From assembly GCA_964016885.1 (NCBI GenBank), contig OZ024743.1:115010001-115074000 (forward strand): DNA of 64,000 bases, read 5' to 3'. The notes beneath the pieces are model-generated. The model did no database searches. It was not told where the DNA came from and saw nothing but the letters and a program-made list of their open reading frames with translations. The stretch comes from Eledone cirrhosa. Its lineage: Eukaryota. Position 1 is the first letter of the stretch. The number at the start of each line of letters is the position of its first letter. Below, piece by piece: positions 10,605 through 24,448 of the stretch. A program made the translations under genes and the position numbers.

Positions 10605-12165
10605 CATGGCGCACTCAGGATAGGCAGTGTAAATGCACATGAACTGGGGTCATTTTGGAAGCATGTCCACTTGCTCAATGATCACACCATCGGCGAGACC
10701 AGAAATTCCGAGGCACCAGCCTTCCTTCCCATTTTCGGCAGGTACGATAACTACCCATCTCCAAGCCGTCAGGCATTAGAAATGGAGTCACTTTGTTGTT
10801 TCAGAAAGGCTTGGATCTCACGATACGGACCATCTTACTCGACTCGGAATGTAAGTTGGTGGAGCTGGATGTAACCAACAATAAATATATAAGAGAGAAG
10901 TATGTAAAAGCTTCACAACCATGCCCAGATATTTCCAACTGTCCGAGAATACCGAGTGGATTTCCCGATATCGACATGGACAAACTGCATAGGGTTATAT
11001 AGACTGGGTATTCTGTAGAGAAGTAGATACGGCTAGCATAAGCTGTACATAATTCAAAGTAGTCGATTACACAGGCCAGAAATTTGGGAGCTACACAGTA
11101 GATTTAGATAAACTTTATAGACAGGTATCCGGTTTCTTGAATTTGAAAGCGACCAATTCGGCACACAAAGTCTACACAGAACTGATTAGTGAATTATTTA
11201 AGCGGTCGTTGTGTGGAGGCGGGTAGAGCTGAAATGGATAAGGTTTAATAAAGGAATAGTGATAGAGAGAACTATACTAGAGAGAAAACTAGATGAGGCT
11301 TTTAGGTAAGACAACAAAACTGACGTGTTTGCGGCTCGCGGCCATTTCCTCAACACAAAGCACGATTAGTGCGTTGTCTGAGCTAGGGCGCGTGCTTTTA
11401 GACACAGAGGACAAAAGTTGTTCAATGGGCATGACTGGCATAGGCACTATCTTGCAACAAAGCCACATTTCGTTATTTGCAGGACTACTCGATCTCATGC
11501 AGATGTGTGCAAATGTTCAGCAACACTTTAATTCATCTGTTTGTGAGCAGAAGTCGGCGGGATCGGGAGATTGACTTTAGTGTTTTCCTCGACGGTACCG
11601 CGGCTCTCGACCATGGTAATGGAGTGTTTCGGAAAGCCGGTAATTGACGCTCAAATACGGGAGACAATGACTTACTGCATGAGGTCTAGGCCATCTGGTT
11701 TTATCCGTACATGCCAGACAGGTTCGGTGACCTCTTAACAGATATCTACAGCAACTGGAAGCAGGGTGGGAAAATGCATTGTTTTGTGAACCAAAGAGCG
11801 ATGGTACTACTGAGAAAAGAGCCAAATAAGGGAGACTAAATTGATAATTTTAGGCCCATATCTCTACTAAACGTATCGTTTTAAAATAAATTTTGGCCTT
11901 GGTATTAGCGATGAGGTTGGCGCTTCCTGGTTGTCTGGTAGATGAAGTGCAAACATGCACCATCCCGAATATAACCTTCTACGACAACCTCCACATATAC
12001 AAAATATCGTAGAGTGGGTGGCTAAGGAACCTATCATGAGTGGGGCCCTGATCAACTTAGATCAATCAAAAGATTTCAATAGTGTGCACCCGGCGGCAGT
12101 CATCAAGGCAGCCGGCTTCGGACACGTTTCCAGAGGCTGGATCGCAGCGATATGTGCACTGTAGA
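10605..12165 (+). mobile_element. highly degraded L1/Tx1-like LINE ORF2 (APE endonuclease plus RT N-terminal part)
   Basis: Fragments LRIGSVNA, IDNFRPISLLN, GALINLDQSKDF. Many stops and frameshifts. Ends at (GA)n. Confidence 0.65.
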
Positions 12166-12167
12166 TT

Positions 12168-12169
<2 letters not shown>

Positions 12170-12250
<81 letters not shown>

Positions 12251-12276
12251 TGTGTGTGTGTGAGAGAGAGAGAGAG
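12170..12276. repeat. (GA)n/(GT)n microsatellite
   Basis: Seen directly in the sequence. Confidence 0.98.
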
Positions 12277-12818
12277 ACCGGCGGTTAGTTGGTGCTGTAT
12301 AAAGTAATCCAGGCGAGTTTGTAAATATCACTAAGTTTGTAAATATCACTAAATTTTGAAGATCAGGCGAATCTCGCCGTTCACAATACTTTCCAATTTT
12401 CGAACTGTTTATATAAAGATTTTAGGACGTAAAACACCAAGTCTATATCTACATCATATCTCACAGTACAGATATTGTAAATGAATTTCAGTAGTGTGGT
12501 GATTTACCCCACGGATGGGTGTCACAACGCTACGATTGTGTTTCCGATGATTTGCGTTGAATAGATTTTATTGTTATTGTGGCTACACATTTGAACATTT
12601 AGAATCCGGAGCAGATATTAAGTTTTTATTATTACTCTTGTCTTTCACGTTAGACATGTTCAACGTTCATCTGCAGTTCATTTTTATGTGGTTCTATCTA
12701 ATACATAATATAAATTGTGATGTTTCGAGAAATGCTTATTGATTAGAAAGCTAGAAATGTTCTAACTACATTTTCCTCTGTCTCTCTCTCTCTCTGACTG
12801 TCACTCTCTTTCTCTCTG

Positions 12819-12855
<37 letters not shown>

Positions 12856-13046
12856 ATCTATATATATATCGATAGATATATATATCTAGCTAGCTAGCAA
12901 ACTATCTATTTCACTCAGATCTCGGGGAAATTATTCAACGTAATGTATCACATTCATGTTTCCTTAAAGGGGTTGTAAGACAACGTTGAAAAACTATATA
13001 ACATTCATTCTACTATATATATGCTGTTTACATTCCTGTGCAATGA

Positions 13047-13215
13047 GGGCGGTGGATTGACAGTACATGTTGTGGGAGTGACAATATGCTTTGTGGCACT
13101 TTATGTTATGAGTTCAAACCCACTGAGGTTAGCTTTGCATTTCATCCTTATGGGCTCCATAAAATAAAGCACCACTTTCAAATTACTAACCTTTTACCAA
13201 AAGTATAAATAATTG
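13047..13215 (+). mobile_element. Nin/Deu tRNA-SINE (diverged)
   Basis: gggcggtggattg...gagttcaaac...tttcatccttatggg. Confidence 0.75.
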
Positions 13216-13359
13216 TTCCACACTCAGACACACACATAAACACACGCACCCACACACACACACGCACGTGCATACAATATATGCGCCCGCGCCCACACAT
13301 CATAAAATCGAAGAAATTTTATTCAGTAGACACAGACTTATATGATGATACATACATAA

Positions 13360-13545
13360 TGATTTCTACTATAAGCACAAGGCCAGCAATTTTGGGGAAG
13401 GGGAAGTCGATTAAATTGACCCCAGTGCATTACTGGAGTTTTATTTTATCGATCCCGTAAGGATGAAAGTCAAAGCTAACATCGGCGGGATTTGAACTTA
13501 GATCATAAAGAGTTGTAACTCTATACTGCCAATTCACCTCCCTTA
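13360..13545 (-). mobile_element. Nin/Deu tRNA-SINE
   Basis: Reverse complement of the family consensus. Confidence 0.8.
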
Positions 13546-13689
13546 ATACATAGATCATGAAATAGAAAATAGTCCAATGTCGATAGGAATAGTTAATAAA
13601 ACAACAAAAAAAAGAGAAGAAAAAGGGAAAGGGCAAGGAATTTTAAGCAGTAAAGGGGGAAGAAGATAGAGTGACAAATATTACACTTA

Positions 13690-14310
13690 AGTCAGAGTGG
13701 TGCTTGACCTCCACCCCGCGGACAAAATGGCATTGCAGCGCCTCACCGTGCATGGCCCCTTCTTCAGACGTGCTGTTGTCATTCTAATTTTACGAAGGTG
13801 AGCTGCGCTGGGTACGAGGGCACCTGGGGTCTCGGTGGTGACCGGTGCAAAAATGAGGCGGCCGGACAAGCCCCGTTCTTTGTTTATTTTCCTGTCCTCT
13901 CGATTGCGAATTGCAAAGGTGGCGGTGTTGATCCAAGCAGGTCTCAACCCATTTGAATATCTGCATATGATGTCATCCCAGTTACGTTGGAGATTAATCT
14001 ACTTAGGGAAGGAGAGGCCTTCATCGGTCCAGTTCGCCTGCGCTAACTCATGTTCTTGAGCCATGTCAGGTTCTGCTGTATTATCAAGGACCTCGCTGAT
14101 AAGGGTGTGATTGGAGAAAATTGAGGAGTGTTCGACCAACAGTGTCAGATCTGATGTAAATCGGAGTCCGAGGCCACCGAACCCCACGGGGAGCTTCACC
14201 TCGTCCCAGCCGGCATTGTCGAGATTAACATTTCAGTTGAGTTCCCCACAGCGTCGGATAGTGACATCGACTTCACCTAGCAATCTGTAGAAGTGCGACA
14301 ATGTGCACCG
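13690..14310 (-). mobile_element. degraded CRE-clade-like (RLE) non-LTR fragment
   Basis: LPVGFGGLGLR motif. Homologous to the 20220 and 43620 copies (ETPGAL, NAILSAG). Confidence 0.6.
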
Positions 14311-14369
14311 CACAGTGTGAATATGAATTTTAGAAGGGTGAAGTAGTTTCTCAAGAGGTGCGCGTGACC

Positions 14370-14559
14370 CACTGCTCCCTGTCCCGCACGCTGCTGGAAC
14401 TTAACATAAGCGAAACGTTATGAATGCCCTTATTTTATTTTCCGGCTTAGCGAGCCTATACTCTATATGCAAATGTGGCTGATCAGCCAATGTACATAGG
14501 CTTCTAAACTATGTTTCGCTTATGAAAAATTCCAGCAGCGAGCGGGTCAGTGAGCACTA
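14370..14559. mobile_element. MITE with long imperfect TIRs
   Basis: Left cactgctccctgtcccgcacgctgctggaa...cataagcgaaac pairs with right gtttcgcttatg...ttccagcagcgagcgggtcagtgagcacta. Confidence 0.7.
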
Positions 14560-14843
14560 GCTTGATAACGACCAAAGTAAGAAATGATGACGTCTTCATC
14601 GCTAGTTACTCGACCTTAGCTTCTGCTGGAACACACTAGATGGCGCTAGGCCATCAGTTTTCAAATTCGTAGCTAGCAGCTTTCAAAATGTTTATTTATA
14701 AACATAACGTATATCACCAGATATGCAAATTTACGTATTTCATATACAGATGTCAACATGAATGGACCTGTTATTTTTATCTCCTGACATTTTTTCCAAT
14801 TCCAACTCGTCCGTTCCCTCAATCTATCTTATTTCTCATTCTT

Positions 14844-14879
14844 TCTTCTGATGAATGACTAGCGTCCGAAACGTTAAGA
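14844..14879 (+). ncRNA. ultra-minimal hammerhead ribozyme in a PLE pLTR remnant (~14745-14970)
   Basis: UCUU-CUGAUGA-AUGACUAGCGUCC-GAAA-CG-UU-AAGA, with a 4-bp stem I and an AACGUU palindrome. The upstream motif ATGTCxACATGAATGGACCTGTTAT is shared with the PLE tail at 63539. Confidence 0.7.
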
Positions 14880-15006
14880 CACTCTTCTTGCTATTTCAAG
14901 CGTTGACCTAATATATTCCTTCCATGTACACTGTACCGATTGTGTTGTTATTTCTGTTTACCTTTTACATACATACATACATACATAGATACATACATAC
15001 ATACAT

Positions 15007-15357
15007 GGTGGCTGCCAACTCGTTTTCGAGTACGGCCACCACTTTATATCCATGTAGGAGAACCCCTACCGATGCGCTGAACGAGTCTGACTTTTTAGTC
15101 CAGCCAGCGACTTGAAAACTCTGGTACAAACACTACACTTGTGACAATTATGGGCCCATGGTACCATGTGACGACAAGTGCAGAGAGATCTCCAGATATA
15201 AAGCAATGCCTGTGCCTTGAAGCTTTTATAGTGAGCAAAGGCACTGGACGAAGCCAGTCCCACTCTCTTAACCAAGATGATATTTACCACAAAGAAGAAC
15301 AAGTCAATATCATTGGATACCATCAGGGTTGCAGGTGTTATAGCAGAGTTTTCCTTC
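15007..15357 (+). mobile_element. short non-coding element embedded in (TACA)n
   Basis: Flanked by (CATA)n on both sides. Its hairpin-forming 5' end recurs at ~62670, also after (TACA)n. Confidence 0.5.
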
Positions 15358-15377
15358 ATACATACATACATACATAC

Positions 15378-15840
15378 AAGGAAAATATTTATGCAGAACT
15401 GATGAGAAATCTGCAGATACTCCACCCTGATTACACCTTCAGATTTATGCCTGTGATTATTGGGGCACTGGGGTATGTTAGTAACTGTCTCAAAACAAAT
15501 CTTGAGAAGCTAGGCTTCACAGGAACAGAAAGAACACAACTAGTTAGGAAATTACAAGTACAATCCATTAATGGAACAGTAAAAATATGTAAAACATTCC
15601 AGAAATTTTGCATCTAATAACTGCATATACACATATACAGATGCCAAACATATACACATGCACACATACAAATCAAAACATACACATCCGCACATACAAT
15701 AACATCCATATCTACACATGCATACATACATATCTACCTAGTTGATGTGTAAATTCCAATGAGAGAGTCTTGTGCCTATGTTAGAAACCGACTCTCTCTC
15801 TATTGGTAACATTTTGTGAAATTATAAAACCAGAAGAACA
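15378..15840 (+). mobile_element. 3' end of an R4/Dong-like RLE non-LTR element
   Basis: YAELMRNLQILHPDYTFRFMPVIIGALG...GTVKICKTFQKFCI* plus a 3' UTR shared with 62340-62650. (TACA)n at both ends. Confidence 0.75.
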
Positions 15841-16009
15841 TACATACACACTTATATATATATATATATATATGTAGATAAATCTACCAAGAGTTTACGG
15901 TAGTGTCCAATCCGTATGAAGAACTCAATGTAGTCCGGATATCATGGAAAGAAGAGATGCAATGAAAAATCACTTTCGGTGAAAGATAAACGGAATACAG
16001 AGTCAAGAT

Positions 16010-16363
<354 letters not shown>

Positions 16364-16737
16364 GTGTGTGTGTGTGTGCGTGCGTCGATATTTTTATATG
16401 GTCATGATAACTGAATTAAACTCGGCGAGGAAACAGCTAATAACCAATAAACAACATGAATACCATCAAAAACATCATCAGTAACAATAACAATAACAGT
16501 AGTCACAACAGAATAAAACAACGACAGTGACAACGAAGTTAGCAGTAACAACAATAGCAATAGCAACACAGAATAATGACTGTTAAACGACACAAATTAC
16601 ATGTTTTTTATTCAATTATTCGTTTCGTTATAATGTGTAAATCGTAATTTATACGACCCTTCTACCTTGTAGGGGAAAAATATCATGAATATAACTGAAG
16701 GAACTTGTTAATCTTAAAGAAAAGTAATTATTCTTAA

Positions 16738-18735
16738 TAATTGTTTCAACTTTTGGCACAAGGCCAGCAATTATCCCAGTGCATTACTGGTACTTTATTT
16801 TATCGACCCCGTAAAGCTGAAAGGCAAAGATAACATCGGCGGGATTTGAACTCAGACCGTAAAGGGACATAACTCTATGCTGCAAAGCATGGCGTCCTAT
16901 CCTCTACCTGGCATAAGTTGAGTGATGTCAGATCGATTATGTAAATGTCAGTACTAAATTGGTACGTTATTCTAACAACTACGGAATGATGAACAACAAC
17001 GTTGTTCTTAGAGGGATTCGAAACCAGAACACAGGAAGCCGTAACTAAATACCGCAAAGCATTTTGTCCAAGGCTCTAATAAATAATTGTTTCTACTTTA
17101 GGCACAAGGCCAGCAATTACCCAGTGCATTACTGGTACTTTATTTTATCGACCCCCTAAGAATGAAAGGCAAAGTGAACCTCGGCGGGATTTGAACTCAG
17201 ATTGTAAAGGGACGTGACTATGCTGGAAAGCATGGTGGCTGACGCTCCACCGTTACTGCCAATCTACCGCAATAATGGTTTCTGATTTAGGCACAAAGCC
17301 AAAATTATTTGGGTGTGGTGGGTGTGTGGGGTGGAGTGGGTCCATAAAACTGACCCCTGTACATTACTGGTGCTTCATTTTATCGAATCTGTAAGGGCAA
17401 AAGGAAAATCTGACCCTGGCGGTATTTGACTTTAGAACGTACATGTACGTATATATTGGCTGCAAAGCCTGTTGTCCGACGCTCTACTGATAATGGTTTC
17501 TAATTTTGGCACAAGGCCAACAATTAGCCAGTGCATTACTGGTACTTTATTTAATCGACCCTGTAAGCATGATAGGCAATGTTAACATCGGCGGGATTTG
17601 AACTCTGAATGGCAAGAGCCGTAACTCTATGCGTGTAAGCATGGCGTCCGACCCTCTACCGACCCCAATGTTTTACTGGTACTTTATTTTATCGACCCCG
17701 TAAAGACGAAAGTCAAAGCTAACCTCGGCGGGATTTGAAATAAGAACGTAAAGGGAAGTAACTCGATGCCACAATGCATAACGTCCGACGCTCTAACCAT
17801 ACTGCAAATCTCCGCATTGCCACGCTCTAATAAATAATTGTTTCTACTTTTTGCACAAGGCCAGCAATTATCCCTATGTATTACTGGTACTTCATTTTAT
17901 CGATCCCGTAAGGATGAAAGGCAAAGTTAACCTCGGCGGGATTTGAACTCAGACCATAAAGGGCCGTAACTCTTTGCTGCAAAGCATGGCGTACGACCCT
18001 CTACCGATACTGCCAATCCACTGCCCTACTGCAAAGAAATTCATTATAAAATATTCAATATCCTTCAACGCATACATACGCACACACACATACATACAGG
18101 CATACACCAAAACACATGCCCATACACACATTTCATTATAGAATTGCGTTAGAGTCGAGTAGTGACCACTTTCTTTTTTCTGCTTATGATGGATTTCATT
18201 GTGAATAACTCCACGTGGGAATCCAGCATGAGGACAAGAAAGTTTCTCAGACTTTTAGTTCGTTAATGATCTGGCGCTCTCTAATAATATCACATCTGTT
18301 ATATTGTGCGACTCAACCATCCATCTCAGCAGCATCAGCTTAAGTGTTGGTCTTCGGATCAAAAGACGAAGGTGATCCTTTTTTTCCGGGAGGTTCAGCT
18401 TTATTTTATCTAACACGTAAGGTTGAAAGGCAAAGCTAACTTTGGCAGGATTTGAACTCAGACCGTAAAGGGGCGTAACTCTATGCTGCAAAGTATGGTG
18501 TCCGACCCTCTACCGATACTGCAATCAATCGCCTTTTTTTAGAATAAATAATTGTTTCCACTTTTGGCAAAAGGCCAGCAATTATCCCAGTGCATCACTG
18601 GTACTTCATTTTATCGACCCCGTAAGGATGAAAGGCAAAGCTAACCTTGGCAGGATTTGAACTCAGAACATAAAGGGCCATAACTCTATGCTGCAAAGCA
18701 TGGTGTCTGACGCTCTACCGATTCTGCCAATCCAC
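16738..18735 (-). mobile_element. head-to-tail cluster of about 8 Nin/Deu tRNA-SINE copies
   Basis: Copies start near 16738, 17080, 17273, 17490, 17665, 17833, 18397 and 18548, all on the minus strand. Confidence 0.9.
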
Positions 18736-19029
18736 CAAATAATATAAAGAAAACGTTGATTAAAAACGAATGGTCGAACTTCTTCATTTACCAAAACAAC
18801 ACAAGACCAAATTCCACCTGCATGGTATAAGACACCACCAATCAACACAACAAACTTCGCCTGGATGGTCCAACACCTCCATCACTCAGGAACTAAGACT
18901 CCACCTGCATGGTCAAACTCAACTCCTCCATCAGTCAAAGTCAAAACAAAAATCTCTACCTAGTCAAGCTGGTTTGCATGCAACATCCTAAGCCAATCCC
19001 ATGTCAGCCAGATCATCCAACGTCTACAC

Positions 19030-19295
19030 CTCTGTCTCGAGCCCTGGGGCGTATCAAGCCGGTGCTTATCCGAGTTTCCATCGGGTTTCCATGGCGTGAA
19101 ACGACTGATAGTACAAGAACTCCCTATCATCCTTGATAACAACCGTTACACCTCCAGCTATTGTTATTACTCCTGTTCAGGAGTAAAATGAAGTGTTTTG
19201 CTCAAGAACACACCACACAACCCGATGTAGGAATCGAACCCACAATATTATGATTGTAAGCCCAACACCCTTAACAATAGGCCACATGTTATCAG
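19030..19295 (-). mobile_element. tRNA-derived SINE of a second family (CORE-like domain)
   Basis: Minus strand has gtggcctattgttaagg (A-box-like), gggttcgattcc (B-box) and gtgttcttgagcaaaacacttc. Confidence 0.6.
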
Positions 19296-19499
19296 TGAGA
19301 TCCTTCAATGCAGTCCTCAACTAGGTTTTACAGGGCTTCTTTAACTCTTATGTTGCTGCTGCTATTACTTCGTATACTAGTGTTACTGTATCGTATGCTA
19401 GTGCTGCATCGGTTGCTGTTTCAAATGCTGTTGCTGGTACTGCTTTGGATCCTGGTGCTAATGACGAGTATGATGCTCTTTCTGATAATGATGACCATG

Positions 19500-19572
19500 G
19501 TGGTGACAAGTGTTACAATGATATGATGAAAATGATGATCATGACGATGAGGCTGATGGCGATGGCGATGAC

Positions 19573-19620
<48 letters not shown>

Positions 19621-19706
19621 AGTGGTGGTGATGGTGTTGATGATGGTGGTGATGATGATGATGATGATGATGATGATAGTGGTGGTGATGGTGTTGAGGA
19701 TGGTGG

Positions 19707-19739
<33 letters not shown>

Positions 19740-19750
19740 GGATGATGATA
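19500..19750. repeat. (GAT/GGT)n trinucleotide tract
   Basis: Seen directly. It is the source of the poly-H/M/I pseudo-ORFs. Confidence 0.97.
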
Positions 19751-20219
19751 CCGGTCAAAAGAGGGCACAGTAGAAGACGTTTGTGTAAGAAGTGATACAG
19801 GAATTAAATGCAAAACTATATGATTGTAAGGCAGGCTCCTTAACCGCACAGCCGTGCTTGTACTTAAGCCACTCACCCGTTAATCTTTACAATTGAACAA
19901 TAAGTCCATTGAAAACATTAAAACATTTCCATTAGAGCCCTTCTCCCATCATAACATATATTGGTGTAGCTAACAGAAACAAGTGCTGATTTCTAATTTA
20001 GACACAAGGCTAGTAAATTTCGTGGGTAAGGGCAAAATTGAATAAATCAACCCCAGTACTTGACTGGTACATTATTTTAACAACCCTGGAAGGATGAAAG
20101 CCATCGGGATTTGAGCTCAGAATGTAAAGAGCCAGAATATTTACCGTAATATTATTTTTTCTGACGTTCCAAACATTCTGCCAATCACTTCGAATATTAA
20201 TTGTATTAACCACATAATA

Positions 20220-20790
20220 ACTCACCGTGGACTCTTTCGGTCTCCACCCGCTTTCCTCTCACCACAGTGCCGGCCGCCTTCCATGACTTGCTGCCCTCAA
20301 CGAGGTCATAAAGCATAGCTTATACGCTGCAGGCTTCCCTTCCCAGCTCGAGCCGGTGGAGCTGGACCGAGGGTACGGCAAAATGCCAGACGGCATGACC
20401 ATCTTCCCGTTCCGTGGTGGCAAACCCCTCGTCTGGGATACCACTTGCAGCGACACTTTCTCCAGCGGCAATATGGTGCAGTCTGCAACCAACCCAGGTT
20501 CTTCTGCACGTGGGTCGGAGGAGGCCAAACTCACCAAATACCGGTTGCTTTCCGACAGGTTTGCGGTCGTACCCTTGGCAGTGGAGACTTCTGGTGTCCT
20601 TGTCCCTATGGCTACCTCCCTACTCACCTCCATAGGCGATGAGCTGGCCAGGCGCAGGTGTAAGTCTCGCGAGTTGGAATGGCTCTTCCAGCGCATCTCC
20701 CTTGCCATCTTCCGGGGAAATGCCTTCTCAATTCTGTCCGCCGGGGCTGTGGGGATCCGGCGCGTGGGATCCCATTTGCTCACCATACGG
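20220..20790 (+). mobile_element. 3' end of a CRE-clade-like non-LTR element (restriction-like endonuclease)
   Basis: GKMPDGMTIFPFRGGKPLVWDTTCSDT...K.TKY...FAVVPLAVETSG...FQRISLAIFRGNA. The 3' terminus catttgctcaccatacgg is shared with the copy ending at 45271. Confidence 0.8.
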
Positions 20791-21829
20791 AGAGATGGGG
20801 TGGGCCAGAGAGATGAAGGCGATGACAGTGGGAGTTCGCCTGTTCTTTCATGTCTGCTTAGGTTACAATTGCTTTTGTATGTTGTTGCTGTTACTAATAT
20901 ATTTAATGAAAGACAACAACAGTAGAACCATAACCCATTGGTTTCTGACCTTTAAACTGAGAAATCTCAAGGCTTTGTTATTGGATTGACTATCTTCTTT
21001 TGTATACCATAGGACGCACTCTGCAGCCATTGTAATAACCGTGACCTTTCACTTTCAAAGAAGCTGTAAATCCTCTACCTCCCTCACAAACATTGGAGGA
21101 AGATAGGAAGAATGAGAGTATAGGATTAGGGTGAGTATGATATAGGGAGAAAGAAAAAAAGAAAGCGCTAAAACGGGAGAAAAGGAGTGAGAAGGAGACA
21201 GAGAAAATCAGTCAATAAATTTATTCACAGTTATATGAATAGCATTTCCTAAAGCTTCAAAAACGACTTCAAAAAATCACTCAACAAATATCATTTAGTT
21301 AAAAGTATTAAATATTTTAAATAATGAATAACCCAGAGACCCACTTTGTCAGGCGCATTTCTTCATAGAACTGTAGCGAATATATAGAGGGTGAAATAAA
21401 AAGTCTAAACAAATAATTCAATACTTCCGTTGTCTGCAAAGTAATGTTTATATTATTACATTTGCCATTTGTTATTCTCACGAACCTATATCTGCGTTCA
21501 GCTGTGACATTTCTCTCCATATATTTTTGAGACCACCCTTTTAGAAACAACTACAAACACATGTATTTAATGTTTGCTAAAGCTATCCTATTATCAGACT
21601 GTCAAAATATAAGAAAATGCAATGTTTATGTTTACAATCGGATTTTAACTGCCATCAGATTCGCTAGCTGATATCAAACTAACATTAACTTTGAAAGACA
21701 TTGTTTCCTTGCTAAAAGTACGCGGTCAGGGAAAATAGAATCCGATTTGATGATCTACTGTATGCGCTCTTTGCCAGTGGTGTAGCTAGGAGAAAACCGC
21801 GGAGGAACAGTCGTTCCTCCCGAGCCGAT

Positions 21830-21946
21830 CCTTCTTCTTCTTCTTCTTCTTCTTCTTCTTCTTCTTCTTCTTCTTCTTCTTCTTCTTCTTCTTCTTCTTC
21901 TTCTTCTTCTTCTTCTTCTTCTTCTTCTTCTTCTTCTTCTTCTTCT
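21830..21946. repeat. (CTT)n microsatellite
   Basis: Seen directly in the sequence. Confidence 0.98.
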
Positions 21947-23259
21947 AAATTATAGATTTGGTGTTGTCAATAATTGAGTTACCGTTTGTCTTACAATGAA
22001 GCAAGTCGAGTATCATATCTCGTTTCCAAATGTTATGGATATCATAAATTCCTCTCGTTGTTGTTGGATGATCCCGTGGAATTTCATTTATTTTTCAAAT
22101 TACATATCACAAACTCATATGTATTGCAGTCTCATTTATAATGACTATACCAGTGAAACATGAAATCAATAAATGTCGAATGTATGGATCTGTAACCCCT
22201 GATGGAGTCGTAGCGACACTGTAGTGACATACAGCGTGTCTTGGGCAGTTTAGACGTAGCTGAATACATCTCTCTCAAGATACGAACGCAGCCAATTCAT
22301 TCCAGAAAAGGAGAGAATGTGTGTGAGAGAGAGGGCGGTAAGGGTGGTAGGAGACATAGGGAGATATGAAGATAGGGGGAAACTGAGAAGTGAAGGAGAG
22401 GAAGGGGAAGAGCGCGGAAGCAGTGATGGGGAGAGAGTTGATATAAATTTAGAGAGAAACTATAAAGAGATATATAGCACGAATCAACCCCATTATCGGA
22501 CTGGTACATTTCTATCGACCTCGGAAATCCTGAAGCAGTCATGGTCAACCTGCAGCCCGCGAAGCTTTCTGAATGGCTCACTTAAGTCACCTAAGTGAAA
22601 TCTTTCTGATTTTTTTACCCCAACTTTTCAGTCGTAATTTATCTTTCTATCATTTTTACGATCAAGGAAAACAGCGTGCACGAATTCTGAAGAAACAAAT
22701 CAAAACAATCTGAGTTACCACCCTTTTCTAATGTGGCACGAATGTAAATTAGCGCTTGCGGCCCACCTGATGATGAGCCATATCTCATGCGGCCCGCTTC
22801 TCAACAACGGTTGCCATTTAGGCCCTAAAGAGATAGCAGACCTTGGCGAGAATTGAACAGAGAGTGCAGAGCTACGGAGCGAATAACGCAATATATTGTA
22901 TTTGACGTTCTATTGATTCTGTTAACTCGCTGCCTTGAGTGTAGAATGCAATTATTTATATTATCACTAATGGAATAGTTTGTGTAATATGAGACAAATA
23001 CTCATACCTATAAGTTGCTCGTTTATTGATAATCGAAATTCAACATTGGACTAAGGATCATTATTCCAAATCCAATTATTATAATATATTTTATCATGCG
23101 CTAATATTGCCTGCTGTGATATAAAACTCACATAATTTCTTCGTGAACGTATGGTGAAAGACAGCCAGCTCGTAAAATACCAACATAGAATTTACGATCG
23201 TCAAATAATAGGTTACTGTCCATTATATATTCCATTTCATTGGGAGAATGTTATATCAT

Positions 23260-23795
23260 GGCTAAGGCAGAGAATTGGCAGTCTTTGGGGCATCAGATTA
23301 AAGGTGGATCAGTATTTATTCCGGCTCACTGCGCTCTGCGTTCAAATACCACCGAGGTTAACTTTGTCTTTCATCATCCCGGGTTTGATAAAATAAGGAG
23401 CAGTCAAGTACTTGAGTTGATGTAATTGACTTTCTCTCCCCATAAATTGTTGGCCTTGTGCCTAAATTAGAAACGGTATTTGTTCCAGCTTTTAACGTTC
23501 AACTTTGCTTTTTATCCTTCCGGTGTCGATAAAATAAAGTTTCAGTCACGTACTGGGGTTGATATAATAGACTTCCGCTCCCCACAATTTATTGGATTTG
23601 TGCCTAAATTAGAAATCATTATAATGTTATAGCATGTCTAATACGGTCAATTATCAGAATCTTTAAGGCATCGGGCTGAAAATACATCTGTATTTATCCC
23701 GGTTCAGTGCACTCTGCGTTCAAATCCCGAGAGGTCTATTTACCTTTCAGTCTTTTGAGGTCAATAAATAATGTAGCAGTCGAGTACTGGGATCG
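23260..23795 (+). mobile_element. three diverged or partial Nin/Deu SINE copies in tandem
   Basis: Repeated cores cgttcaaat(a/c)cc...gtcgataaaat...ggccttgtgcctaaattagaaa. Confidence 0.7.
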
Positions 23796-24267
23796 ATTCT
23801 TCTTCTAACTCTCTTCATCACTTTCTATCGCTCTTACTTTCCCTTAAAGCTCTCGGCTGTGGTGCGACCAACAGTTACATGGGCGCTGGCAGTTTTAAAT
23901 TGCACAAAACACATCATGAGTTAGAACGGTGCCCCTACGACTTTATCAAGAGTTAAGGGCCCTTTGATTTACCTATATCATGTCTATTGTTAAGATTGCC
24001 TTTTCGTTTTTGGTACGGAATGCTAAACAGTTAGAGTGTGAACTCGGAGTGACAGAAAAATTAAATACATCGCAAATCGAGAAAAAGAATCGTCATATTA
24101 TCAGGGATTCGGCACCTAATTTTCATTGGGCTGCACCAAAGATGGAACATTGGGAAGAATTACGACCTAACTTCAACTCCTCCGAGTTGAAGTTAGGTAG
24201 TTATGTATTAAAAGGAGAAACTTAGTAGATTTGGGTATAGTATAGACATTTTCTAGAAAACATTACA

Positions 24268-24448
24268 ATAATTGTTTCTACTTTAGGCACAAGGCCAGCA
24301 ATTACCCAGTTCATTACTGGTACTTTATTTTATCGACCCCGTAAGGATGAAAGGCAAAGTCAACCTCGGCAGGATTTGAACTCAGATCGTAAAGGGACGT
24401 AACTATGCTGGAAAGCATGGCGTCCGACCCTCTACCGATACTGCCAAA
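24268..24448 (-). mobile_element. Nin/Deu tRNA-SINE (young subfamily)
   Basis: Near-identical reverse complement of 45901-46084. Confidence 0.9.

Noticed and set aside
15007-15090. HDV-like ribozyme at the 5' end of the short TACA-flanked element
   Set aside because: P1- and P2-like pairings and a CUGA linker can be drawn, but I could not fit P3/L3/P1.1.
19421-19876. His-rich, Met-rich and Ile-rich ORFs
   Set aside because: They are translations of a (GAT)n tract next to a SINE-like sequence, with no splice or domain support.
21659-21717. possible plus-strand exon (SLADIKLTLTLKDIVSLLK)
   Set aside because: It is an isolated AG/GT pair with no partner exons or recognisable protein.
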